Origin: Mycobacteriales bacterium
GTDB lineage: Bacteria; Actinomycetota; Actinomycetes; Mycobacteriales; CADCTP01
DNA: 39,099 nucleotides
Assembly (NCBI GenBank): GCA_035474175.1
Contig: DATINN010000160.1
Location: 1 to 39,099, forward strand
Reading direction: 5' to 3'
The notes beneath the pieces were generated by a model. That model saw nothing but the letters and a program-made list of their open reading frames with translations. It was not told the origin of the DNA and made no database searches. The position numbers and the translations under genes were made by a program. Shown here piece by piece: positions 16,070-24,062 of the stretch (position 1 is the stretch's first letter; every line of letters starts with the position of its first letter).

Positions 16070-17641
16070 ATGCAGCACGGCTCCCGCCACAGACGCCCCG
16101 ACCTCCGTCGGGGGCGGACCGCCAAGGCGGTCGGCGCCACGGTCGCCGTCTCACTGGCAGTAGGTGTCGTCGCGGTGGTCACCGCCGGCGCCGCGGACAA
16201 GAATGCAGCTCCCACCAGCCTCTCGGTCTCCCCAGCCGAGGACACGTACGTCTACCAGGAGTATCCGGACCAGAACCGCGCCACCAGCACCAAGCTCACC
16301 GCGAGCAACCAGGACTCGCTGCACACCCGCAGCTACCTGCGCTTCGCCGTGAAGGGGGTGCCGGCGGGAGTCTCCGGGCTCACCGCCCACCTGACCTTCA
16401 CCTCCGACCGCAACCAGCCCGCGCTGGTCGAGCTGCACCGGGTCGCCTCGTCGGCCTGGAGCGCCGCCACCACGACGATGAAGAACGCGCCGGCGGTCGG
16501 CGAGACGGTCGCCACGGCCCGCCCCGCGGCCAAGCAGAAGACGCTCGACTTCGACCTGTCCCGGGTGGTCACCGCTGACGGCGACTACTCGTTCGCGCTG
16601 GTCGCCCCGCTGGCCGGCACCGTCTCGGCGGTCTACGCCTCCGAGCACGGCACCGACGGCCCCACGCTGGCGCTCAACTGGAGCGGCGACCCCGCCCCGG
16701 GCCGCCCCGGGCCGACCGCGCCCAACCCGAGCGCACCCGGCCTGCCGAGCATGTCGCCGGTGACGCCGTCGGCCTCGCCGACCAAGCCGGCCCCGACCAC
16801 GCCGGCGCCGACCAGCTCCTCCAACCCGGCGCCGCCGCCGTCCAACCCGTCCGGCGGCACCATGTTCGGCGCGACCGTGTGGACCGGCAGCGGCCTCAGC
16901 CAGGCCCAGGCGCTGGCCCAGGCCAACGCGCGCTACGGCAAGCTCGAGGTCGTCCGGGTGTTCTACCCCGGCCTCCCGCCGGCCTGGCCCGGCGCGGCCG
17001 GCACCAGCGGCGGCCCGGTCGTGGTCTCGTTCAAGGCCAACCCGAAGGACGTCCTGTCCGGCTCGCTGGACAGCCGGCTCGGCAGCTGGTTCGCCACCGC
17101 GCCCAAGGACCGCCAGGTCATCTGGTCCTACTACCACGAGCCCGAGGACGACATCGCCCGCGGATCGTTCAGCGCGGCGGACTACCGGTCGGCCTGGGCG
17201 CACCTGCGCCAGCTGGCCAACAAGGCCGGCAACCCGCAGCTGAAGTCCTCGCTGATCCTCATGGGCTGGAGCCTCAAGTCGGCCTGCGGTCGCAACCGGA
17301 AGGACTACTACCCGGGCTCCAGCGTGATCGACATCCTCGGGTGGGACGTCTACAACCTGATCTACAGCAAGGGCCAGTACAGCGACACCGCCTCGATCGT
17401 GGCGCCGGTCGTCGCCGCCTCCAAGGCCGAGGGCAAGCCGTGGGGCATCGCGGAGCTCGGGGCCAAGCTGGTGCCGGGTGACGACGGGACCCGCCGGGCG
17501 GCGTGGTTGACGTCGATGGGTGCGTACAGCAAGGCGAACGGTGCGCTGTACGTGACGTACTTCGATGCGCCTGTGGGTGGGGAGTTCCGGTTGTTGGATG
17601 CGCCTTCGCAGGCAGCGTGGCGATCGGTGATCGCCAGTTAG
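16070..17641 (+). CDS. Secreted protein: N-terminal DNRLRE-type domain, PT linker, C-terminal clan GH-A (GH26-like) glycoside hydrolase domain
   Basis: ATG 16070 follows GGGAGAGGA. Signal/TM: RRGRTAKAVGATVAVSLAVGVVAVVTAGA. PAEDTYVYQEYPDQNRATSTKLTASNQDSLHTRSYLRF resembles the DNRLRE domain. The PT linker is PTKPAPTTPAPTSSSNPAPPPSNPS. The TIM-barrel-like part has WSYYHEPEDD (acid/base Glu context) and KPWGIAELG (nucleophile Glu context). Confidence 0.8.
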   Translation: MQHGSRHRRPDLRRGRTAKAVGATVAVSLAVGVVAVVTAGAADKNAAPTSLSVSPAEDTYVYQEYPDQNRATSTKLTASNQDSLHTRSYLRFAVKGVPAGVSGLTAHLTFTSDRNQPALVELHRVASSAWSAATTTMKNAPAVGETVATARPAAKQKTLDFDLSRVVTADGDYSFALVAPLAGTVSAVYASEHGTDGPTLALNWSGDPAPGRPGPTAPNPSAPGLPSMSPVTPSASPTKPAPTTPAPTSSSNPAPPPSNPSGGTMFGATVWTGSGLSQAQALAQANARYGKLEVVRVFYPGLPPAWPGAAGTSGGPVVVSFKANPKDVLSGSLDSRLGSWFATAPKDRQVIWSYYHEPEDDIARGSFSAADYRSAWAHLRQLANKAGNPQLKSSLILMGWSLKSACGRNRKDYYPGSSVIDILGWDVYNLIYSKGQYSDTASIVAPVVAASKAEGKPWGIAELGAKLVPGDDGTRRAAWLTSMGAYSKANGALYVTYFDAPVGGEFRLLDAPSQAAWRSVIAS

Positions 17642-17654
17642 GTTCGGTTCGCTT

Positions 17655-17690
17655 GTGAGGGGCCCCGGGTTGTTGTCCGGGGCCCCTCAC
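17655..17690. terminator. Perfect 14-bp stem hairpin (gtgaggggccccgg / ccggggcccctcac, 8-nt loop) between convergent genes
   Basis: The inverted repeat was read directly from the sequence. It lies 14 nt after the stop at 17639-17641 and is followed by gtttgtgt on the plus strand. Confidence 0.7.
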
Positions 17691-17713
17691 GTTTGTGTGG
17701 TGGTCGGGACGGG

Positions 17714-17762
17714 GGGCTTCGCCCCTCCACCCCAGCCCTGCCGGGGTGGAGGGGCGGAGCCC
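17714..17762. terminator. Second long hairpin (20-bp stem with one mismatch, 9-nt loop) immediately downstream of the minus-strand GT2 stop
   Basis: gggcttcgcccctccacccc agccctgcc ggggtggaggggcggagccc. It lies 8 nt from the TAA stop of the GT2 gene (17771-17773). Confidence 0.6.
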
Positions 17763-17770
17763 TCCGATCT

Positions 17771-18679
17771 TTAGATCCCGCGCCCCCGGGAATTGAGCGT
17801 GCGAACGACCCGTTCGCCGGTCACCGCTCGGGACGCGACCGCGAGAGCGAGAACCGAGCGCGGCTCGGACGGCCGCAACCGGACCGTCCGCGCCGCCCAG
17901 CGCACTGCCTCGCGCCGGTGGCCGAGCGCCGCCTCCGCGAAGGCGATCTGGCCGGTGAGGCGCGCCGCCCCGACCGGCTCCTGGTAGAAGTCGGGATAGC
18001 TGTCCAGCAGACGCTGCAGCGCCTCCGACACCGTCGCCCAGCGCCCGGTGAAGTACGACTTCCGGTGCCACAGCACCTCGACGTACACGTCCGGCAGCGA
18101 CCGGATCGGCGCGACCTTCGCCGCCCGCAGCAGCAGCTCGTAGTCCTCGGCGTAGCTGCCCGGCAGCTCCTCGTCGACGAGCCCGATCTCCTCCAGCAGC
18201 GAGCGCTGGAACAGGAACGTCGACGGGTGCAGCTCGGTCAGCCGGTCCCGCAGCAGGTCCGCGAACGTGACCTGGCCGGCCGGCAGGGTGCGCGGCACCA
18301 CCTTGTCCCCGTACCGGACCTGGATGCCGCAGGACACGAACCGGGCCGCCGGGTCGGCGCGCAGCACCGCGACCTGGGCCGCCAGCTTGCCCGGCAGCCA
18401 GCGGTCGTCGTCGTCGCAGAACGCCACCAGCTCGGTGCCGGCCAGCTCGATGCCGGTGTTGCGGGTGCCGGCCAGGCCGGGGGAGCGGACGTTGCTGGTG
18501 ACCGTGACCCGGTCCCCGGCCAGCGCGGTGTCCGGCTCGGTGCCGTCGTGCACGATGACGCAGCGGACCTCGCCCGGGTAGTCCTGGGCCAGGACGGCCG
18601 CGACCGCGGTCCGCAGCAGCTCCGGCCGGTCCCGGGTCGGGATGACCACGGTCACCCCGGGCTGGGGCTGTCCGGTCAC
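17771..18679 (-). CDS. Family 2 glycosyltransferase
   Basis: This is the C-terminal part of track ORF 17771..20074. GTG 18679-18677 overlaps the upstream stop as GTGA (18676-18679). VTVVIPTRDRPELLRTAVAAVLAQDYPGEVRCVIVHDG...NTGIELAGTELVAFCDDDDRW (GT-A fold, DxD). Confidence 0.88.
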   Translation of the reverse strand: MTGQPQPGVTVVIPTRDRPELLRTAVAAVLAQDYPGEVRCVIVHDGTEPDTALAGDRVTVTSNVRSPGLAGTRNTGIELAGTELVAFCDDDDRWLPGKLAAQVAVLRADPAARFVSCGIQVRYGDKVVPRTLPAGQVTFADLLRDRLTELHPSTFLFQRSLLEEIGLVDEELPGSYAEDYELLLRAAKVAPIRSLPDVYVEVLWHRKSYFTGRWATVSEALQRLLDSYPDFYQEPVGAARLTGQIAFAEAALGHRREAVRWAARTVRLRPSEPRSVLALAVASRAVTGERVVRTLNSRGRGI

Positions 18680-20148
18680 TTCGGCCCCCGCACGGGGTAT
18701 CCGTAGCTGGCCAGCGGCCAGGCGGTCAGGGCCGAGACCTCCCGGCGGGCCCGGGACGGCATCTCCCGCTGCCAGGCGTCGTCGGCCCGCAGCGTCAGCC
18801 GCCCGGTGGAGAACCGCATCGGGTTGCCGCCGATCGTGTGGCTGGTCCCCAGCTCGGCGCTGTCGGAGCGGAGGAACCGCAGCGTCTCCTCGTCCGCCGG
18901 CAGCCCCAGGAAGGACAGCACCTCGCCCAGCACGCCGGCCGGCGAGGCCACCAGGTCCTCGTACCGGAAGCGGTGCACGGCGGTGCCGAGCCGGCCGAGC
19001 AGGTCGAAGAGCGTGTTGTTGGCCGTCCAGAGCAGGGCGGCCCGGGCCGGCGAGTAGCGCGGCATGTAGACGTCGCCCTCGGTGACCTCCGTGCGCCGCA
19101 CCGTCTTCGACCACGAGTACGCCACGCCGCGGCTGTCGCGGACCATGTGCAGCACCCGCAGGTCCAGGTCGGCCGCCCGCCGCAGCGCGAACGCCAGCGA
19201 CGCGTGCTTGCTCGCGTCGACCAGCACCGCGTCGCCGGTGACCTCGGCCACCCCGCGGTAGAGCCGCCGGTAGAGGTCGCAGTATTCGTCGACCGCGCGG
19301 GCGTGCTTGGCCGACGCGGCCGGGCCGGCCAGCCGGGGCACGTACCGGGTCCGGTCGACCGCGTCCTTCAGCGCCAGCACCTGCTCGACGTCGAGGGTGT
19401 CCCAGCCGCCGAAGGCGACCCGGCCGACCTCCTGCCAGTGCGGACAGCGGGAGAACGGCTCGCCGCAGCCGCAGCGCTCGTCGTCGCGCAGCCCGCGCTC
19501 CCACAGGTGCACGGACTCGCCGATCGCGGTCACGCCCGGGATCTCGGCCAGCATCCGCTCCAGCAGCGTGGAGCCGGACCGGCCGAAGCCGCCCAGGAAC
19601 GCGATCCGGGGCCGGGTCACGTCGGCCGGCGGCGGCACCGGGGTCGGCAGCAGCCCGTCGACCAGCACGCCGAGCCGGCGGGTGGTCTCGGCGGTGGCCG
19701 CCGGCACGGTCCCGGCCGGACCGCGCCCGGTCGCGGCCGCGGCCGCCAGCGCCGCCCGCAGGGTGGACTCGGTCTCGGCCAGCACGACCAGGCCGCTGGC
19801 CCCGAGCCGGCGGGAGAACTGCTGCTGGTGCTGGTCGACGTGCTCGTCCCGGGTCGGGTCGCGCGGCACCACGACCGGCAGGTGACCGGCCTTGCGGGCC
19901 TCGGAGATCGTGGCCGGGCCGCCGTGGCTCACGACCACGTCGGCGACGGCCAGCTCCGACTGCAGCTTGTTCCAGTCGAGGTAGGGCAGGCCGGCGGCGA
20001 CCTGCGGCGGCCGCGACGTGCCGAACTGCACCAGCACGTCGGCGCCGGTGTCGGCGGCCCAGCTGTCGATCCACCCGACGAGGCGGTCGAACCGGTGGAA
20101 GTCCGTCCCCACCAGCACGAGCACGCGGGGCGCGGTCCCTGTGCCCAT
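18676..20148 (-). CDS. Fusion protein: Alg13/PssE/Cps14G-like glycosyltransferase C-terminal-half domain (aa ~1-130) plus a Sulfotransfer_3-like sulfotransferase domain (aa ~180-490)
   Basis: ATG 20148-20146 is preceded by GGGAGG. N-terminal domain: RVLVLVGTDFHRFDRLVGWIDSW...VVVSHGGPATISEARKAGHLPVVVPRDPTRDEHVDQHQQQF (Glyco_tran_28_C / Alg13 pattern). An Ala/Pro linker follows. Then RIAFLGGFGRSGSTLLERML (5'-PSB-like loop), CGCGEPFSRCPHW and LRVLHMVRDSRGVAYS (3'-PB-like). Both domains are in one uninterrupted frame. Confidence 0.85.
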   Translation of the reverse strand: MGTGTAPRVLVLVGTDFHRFDRLVGWIDSWAADTGADVLVQFGTSRPPQVAAGLPYLDWNKLQSELAVADVVVSHGGPATISEARKAGHLPVVVPRDPTRDEHVDQHQQQFSRRLGASGLVVLAETESTLRAALAAAAATGRGPAGTVPAATAETTRRLGVLVDGLLPTPVPPPADVTRPRIAFLGGFGRSGSTLLERMLAEIPGVTAIGESVHLWERGLRDDERCGCGEPFSRCPHWQEVGRVAFGGWDTLDVEQVLALKDAVDRTRYVPRLAGPAASAKHARAVDEYCDLYRRLYRGVAEVTGDAVLVDASKHASLAFALRRAADLDLRVLHMVRDSRGVAYSWSKTVRRTEVTEGDVYMPRYSPARAALLWTANNTLFDLLGRLGTAVHRFRYEDLVASPAGVLGEVLSFLGLPADEETLRFLRSDSAELGTSHTIGGNPMRFSTGRLTLRADDAWQREMPSRARREVSALTAWPLASYGYPVRGPK

Positions 20149-20237
20149 CGGTTCGCCTCCCGGCTCGCTCCGCTCCTCGGGCGGTGGTAGCCCGGTGCCA
20201 TCCTGCGCAGCCCTGCGATGCTCACTCCCCGGTCGGC

Positions 20238-20741
20238 TCACAGCAGCGGCCCGACGACGACGGCACCGGGGTAGAACTTCTTCTGCTCTTCCCACTGCAC
20301 CAGGAACAGCCGGGTGAACGGCCGGCACAGCCGCCCGGTCAGCGTGGGCGAGTCGATGCGGTCGTACACCTCCAGATACACGGTCGGAATTCGCCGCAGC
20401 CAGGCCAGCACGAAGAACGGCACGGCCACACCGGCCCCGGTGGAAATCACCACCGACGGCTTTTCCTTGCGCAACAGACGGAATGCCAACCACAGGTTGC
20501 GAATCAGGTTGGGAATGTTGCGGGTCGTCGGGTAATAGGCCCACGTGGCGCGCTCGTCCATCAGCTGCGACTTGGCGTCCGCTGTGGGGAACGTCACCCA
20601 GGCCCGGTCCCGGTCGCCCCACCAGGACCGCAGCGCCAGCAGCTGGGCCAGGTGCCCGCCGCTCGACCCGACCAGCAACACCGGCCCGTCACCCCCCGGC
20701 AACCGGCGTGTTCCGTTCGCCGCCATTCCGGCAGCCCTCAT
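20238..20741 (-). CDS. Alg14/PssD/Cps14F-like membrane-anchoring half of a split glycosyltransferase
   Basis: ATG 20741-20739 is preceded by GGGGGAG (6-nt spacer). VLLVGSSGGHLAQLLALRSWW...NIPNLIRNLWLAFRLLRKEKPSVVISTGAGVAVPFFVLAWLRRIPTVYLEVYDRIDSPTLTGRL. It lies directly upstream of the Alg13-like gene. Confidence 0.85.
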   Translation of the reverse strand: MRAAGMAANGTRRLPGGDGPVLLVGSSGGHLAQLLALRSWWGDRDRAWVTFPTADAKSQLMDERATWAYYPTTRNIPNLIRNLWLAFRLLRKEKPSVVISTGAGVAVPFFVLAWLRRIPTVYLEVYDRIDSPTLTGRLCRPFTRLFLVQWEEQKKFYPGAVVVGPLL

Positions 20742-20883
20742 CGCACACTCCCCCTGCACAGCCCACCGGACCGGAACCCCGACCGATCCTGGGGCGACCA
20801 CCTGCTTCCCCCGACCCGAAATCTACCGGCCCGGACGTACGGTCGGGGTCGTACGGAGAAACGGACGGTGAACGACGTCGGTG

Positions 20884-21966
20884 TCACGGTGTGACCGGCA
20901 GCCGTCGCGGGTTGAAGTACGGCACGGCCAGCAGATCGCGGAACCGGCCGACCGCGGCGCCCCGCAGGGCCAGCTGCGCCCGCGGTCCCTGCGTCCGGTC
21001 GTCGGCGTCGAAGTAGACCAGCGCCTTGATCTCCGGGTTGGCCTCGGTGGTCTGCTGGGCCTGGGCCACCCAGGCCGCCTGCCCGCCCGGGAACCGGTCC
21101 GAGGTGCCGGTCTCGCCGATCATGATCGGCTTGTCCGGGTGACCCTTGGCCCAGTCCAGGAACGGGGCCGCGGCCACGCCGAAGGTGTTGAAGTCCTGGC
21201 CGGTGTAGACGTCCGCGCACAACCAGTCGACGTCCGAGTCGCCCGGGTAGTACGGCGCGGCCCGGTTGTTCCCGTCTGCGGAGAAGCCGGCGCCCAGCGG
21301 GCACCACACCCAGGACGCGTTCGTGACCTTCTCGGCGGTGAAGATCGCGCGGATGTGCCGCCAGGCCGCGATGTAGTCCTGCGGGCTCCAGATGCTGGCC
21401 TGCAGGTTGGGCCGGTCCATCTCCCAGCGCCAGCGCAGGAAGATCGGCTTGCCCAGCGCCTTGACCGCCCGGGCCCGGGTCCGGATCAGGTCGTCGTAGC
21501 GGCCGGACTGGATCACCCGGGTGTCGGTGCCGGCCCAGGACAGCAGCAGCATCCGGCCGCTGTCGACCGTCCACTCGTCCACCGGGTCGGGGAACTCGTC
21601 GTCCCACGGGTGGTAGGTCTGCACGATGTCGAGCTGCCGCCCGGTGTCCTTCTCGAACCCGGTCACCGCGGCGATCCGCCCCTGCGGGGTGTAGTCGGAC
21701 TCCGGCTGCACGTACGCGCCGACGTACGCGCCGCGGGCCGGCGGCCTGGGTCCGCCGCCACCCGGCTGCCGGCCGGCGGACGGGCTGCCGAGCTGGGTCG
21801 GCGCGCCGCCGAGCCCGGACGCGGGCGGGGTGCCGTCGTGGTTGACCACGGCCAGCAGCGCCCCGACGACCGCGGCGATCGCGACGACGACCCCGAGGAC
21901 GACGACCAGCCGCCAGTGTCGGGTGCCCCGGCCGACGTCGTGGTTCAGCCGATGCCCTGCGCTCAC
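20884..21966 (-). CDS. Membrane-anchored GH26-family glycoside hydrolase
   Basis: I prefer GTG 21966-21964, preceded by GAGGAG (21974-21979, 7-nt spacer); the track start GTG 22020 is an alternative. N-terminal TM: WRLVVVLGVVVAIAAVVGALLAVV. Then GKPIFLRWRWEMDRPN (GH26 acid/base context) and KPIMIGETGT (nucleophile context). Confidence 0.83.
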   Translation of the reverse strand: MSAGHRLNHDVGRGTRHWRLVVVLGVVVAIAAVVGALLAVVNHDGTPPASGLGGAPTQLGSPSAGRQPGGGGPRPPARGAYVGAYVQPESDYTPQGRIAAVTGFEKDTGRQLDIVQTYHPWDDEFPDPVDEWTVDSGRMLLLSWAGTDTRVIQSGRYDDLIRTRARAVKALGKPIFLRWRWEMDRPNLQASIWSPQDYIAAWRHIRAIFTAEKVTNASWVWCPLGAGFSADGNNRAAPYYPGDSDVDWLCADVYTGQDFNTFGVAAAPFLDWAKGHPDKPIMIGETGTSDRFPGGQAAWVAQAQQTTEANPEIKALVYFDADDRTQGPRAQLALRGAAVGRFRDLLAVPYFNPRRLPVTP

Positions 21967-22059
21967 TACCGATCTCCTCAGTCGTCCAGGCTCCCCGTGC
22001 CGCACCCGGAAGCCTTCCACATGTGCAAGGCAGTGTCGCGGACGGCCTAACCGGTGCGG

Positions 22060-23871
22060 CTACTTGCGGTGCCGCCCCTTCCCTCTGACGTCGCCCGGGG
22101 TGGCTGCCGGCGCTGTCCCGGCCGGCGCCGGCGGTGGGGTCTTCTTCCCGCGGCCGCGGCGGAGCGCGCCGAAGGAGTCCAGCCGCAGCGGCCGGCGGAA
22201 CCGCCAGATCGCGGCCGCCCACAGCCCGGCCGCGACCACCGACGCGAGCAGCGCCCAGACCAGGTGGTCGCCGCCGAGCACCCGGGCCAGCGCCGCCGGC
22301 GGCAGCACGCACCCGAGGCAGATCAGCACGGCCAGCGTGCTGGAGCGGCCGAAGGGGTGCAGCCCGGTCGAGAGCAGCAGCTGCGTCAGCGGCACCAGGT
22401 TGGCGACGACGATCGCGATCGCCCAGCCCGTCGCCGCGCCCAGGATGCCCATCCGCGGGATCAGCACCAGGTCCAGGCCGACCTGCACGGCGAGCGCGAG
22501 CAGGGCGTTGCCGAGGTTCCAGGTGCTCCGGCCGGCCATCATCAGCACGATGTCGACCTGGCCGCAGGCCGTCGCCAGCAGCATCGCCGCGCAGAGCACG
22601 ACGACGACGTCGGTGGCGCTGGCGTACCGGGAGCCGAAGATGCCCAGCAGCGCGCTCGGGAACGCGCCCACGAGCAGGTAGAGCGGCCAGGTGGTGAGCA
22701 CCAGCCAGCCGGTGGTGGTCCGGTAGAGCAGGCCGGCCTCCTGCTTGTCGTCGCGGGCCAGGGCGGCCGACAACCGCGGTTGCAGCGCGATCGAGATGGC
22801 CTGGTTGCCGAGCTGGCCGACGACCAGGAAGCGGGTCGCCGCCGCGTAGAGCGCGGCCGGGGCCGGGCCGAGCAGCGCCACGACCAGCACCACGTCCAGC
22901 CGCTGCAGCGCGACCTGGGCCAGCAGGGTGAGCGCGCGGGGGGCGGTGAAGCGCCAGTACTGCCCGCGGTCGAAGCCGGAGTCCGGCGCGCCGGCCTTGG
23001 CCCGGCGCTCGGCCGCGAGCAGCCGCCGGGCCGGCAGCCAGGACAGCAGCGCGGCCGGCAGGTAGGGCAGGGTCCAGGCCAGCACCAGCAGCCCGACCTC
23101 GTGCGTCGCCGCGGCCAGCCCGATCAGCACCACCTGGGCCAGCGGCCGGGCGATCCGCTCGATCAGCACGGTCGTCCGCATCCGGCCGAAGCCGCGGGTC
23201 ACCGACTGCAGCACGTCCCCGACCGCGGCGAACGGCAGCGCCAGCCCGCACAGCCGCAGCACCAGCACCGCGTCGTCGGAGGCGCCACCGACGAACCGGT
23301 CGGCCAGCTGCGGGGCGAACAGCAGCAGCCCGAGCCCGAGCAGCCCGGAGGCGAGCAGGGTCGGCCGGATCGAGAGCCGGACGGCCCGGTCGATCTCGGC
23401 GGCGGAGCCCAGCACCCGCAGCCGGGGCAGGAAGTAGACCGCGCCGCCGTTGGTGCCGAGCCGGCCCAGCGTGGCCAGCAGCAGGAGCAGCGAGGTGATG
23501 GAGAAGAAGATGCCGGCGTCGGCGGTGCTCACCGCCCGGGCGACGACCACGGACAGCAACAGGTTGGCGACCGTGGTCACGGCGGCGCCGACCAGGTTCA
23601 CGCTGCCGCCGCGGGCGACGGCCTGCAGGCTGTCCCGCTTCGGCGCGGCCGCGCCGTCCGCCGCGGCTCCCGGGGCTCCCGCTCCGGCGTGGTCTCGCGC
23701 GGACGCGGCCACCGGCGGGGGAGCGATGCCGAGCCAGACCGTCGCCTCCGGGTCGGAGGGGTCCAGCTGCACCGTGGCCTCGGGATCGAAGCCGTTCAGC
23801 TGCACGGTCGCCTCCGGGTCGGAGGCGGAACGGTGCGGGCTGATCACGCCCCAGCCTGTCACACGGCCCAT
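22060..23871 (-). CDS. wzx: Wzx-type polysaccharide flippase (MOP superfamily), copy 2, with a repeat-containing cytoplasmic N-terminus
   Basis: ATG 23871-23869. Sequence upstream of it (23872-23973) has low GC3 and reads as intergenic. SLQAVARGGSVNLVGAAVTTVANLLLSVVVARAVSTADAGIFFSITSLLLLLATLGRLG... is followed by about 12-14 TM helices and a basic C-terminal tail. Confidence 0.85.
   Translation of the reverse strand: MGRVTGWGVISPHRSASDPEATVQLNGFDPEATVQLDPSDPEATVWLGIAPPPVAASARDHAGAGAPGAAADGAAAPKRDSLQAVARGGSVNLVGAAVTTVANLLLSVVVARAVSTADAGIFFSITSLLLLLATLGRLGTNGGAVYFLPRLRVLGSAAEIDRAVRLSIRPTLLASGLLGLGLLLFAPQLADRFVGGASDDAVLVLRLCGLALPFAAVGDVLQSVTRGFGRMRTTVLIERIARPLAQVVLIGLAAATHEVGLLVLAWTLPYLPAALLSWLPARRLLAAERRAKAGAPDSGFDRGQYWRFTAPRALTLLAQVALQRLDVVLVVALLGPAPAALYAAATRFLVVGQLGNQAISIALQPRLSAALARDDKQEAGLLYRTTTGWLVLTTWPLYLLVGAFPSALLGIFGSRYASATDVVVVLCAAMLLATACGQVDIVLMMAGRSTWNLGNALLALAVQVGLDLVLIPRMGILGAATGWAIAIVVANLVPLTQLLLSTGLHPFGRSSTLAVLICLGCVLPPAALARVLGGDHLVWALLASVVAAGLWAAAIWRFRRPLRLDSFGALRRGRGKKTPPPAPAGTAPAATPGDVRGKGRHRK
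23722..23820 (-). repeat. In-frame 3 x 33-nt tandem repeat encoding DPEATVQLNGF / DPEATVQLDPS / DPEATVWLGIA in the N-terminus of Wzx2
   Basis: Read directly: gacccggaggcgaccgtgcagctg..., gatcccgaggccacggtgcagctg..., gacccggaggcgacggtctggctc (minus strand). Confidence 0.85.
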
Positions 23872-24062
23872 GATCACCGCGCCCGTTCGCCGTATCGTCG
23901 GATCAACGCTTACATCGTTCCGGAACGTGTTCGAATTACTCCGGTTAGTGAACAAAGGATTTGTCAAGGCCACCTGTGACGCGGTGTCCGTCCACTAGGT
24001 TTGGCCGTGACTCGCTCGGACGTGCCCGTCGGCTCCCGAGCCTTTACTGGGGGAATTCAGAA
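23872..24062. promoter_or_regulatory. Divergent intergenic region (Wzx2 operon <-> propeller paralog 1); promoters presumed
   Basis: A low-GC stretch (cgtatcgtcggatcaacgcttacatcgttccggaacgtgttcgaattactccggttagtgaacaaaggatttgtcaagg) lies between divergent starts. It contains the TTACTC hexamer shared with the other two paralog leaders. Confidence 0.4.
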
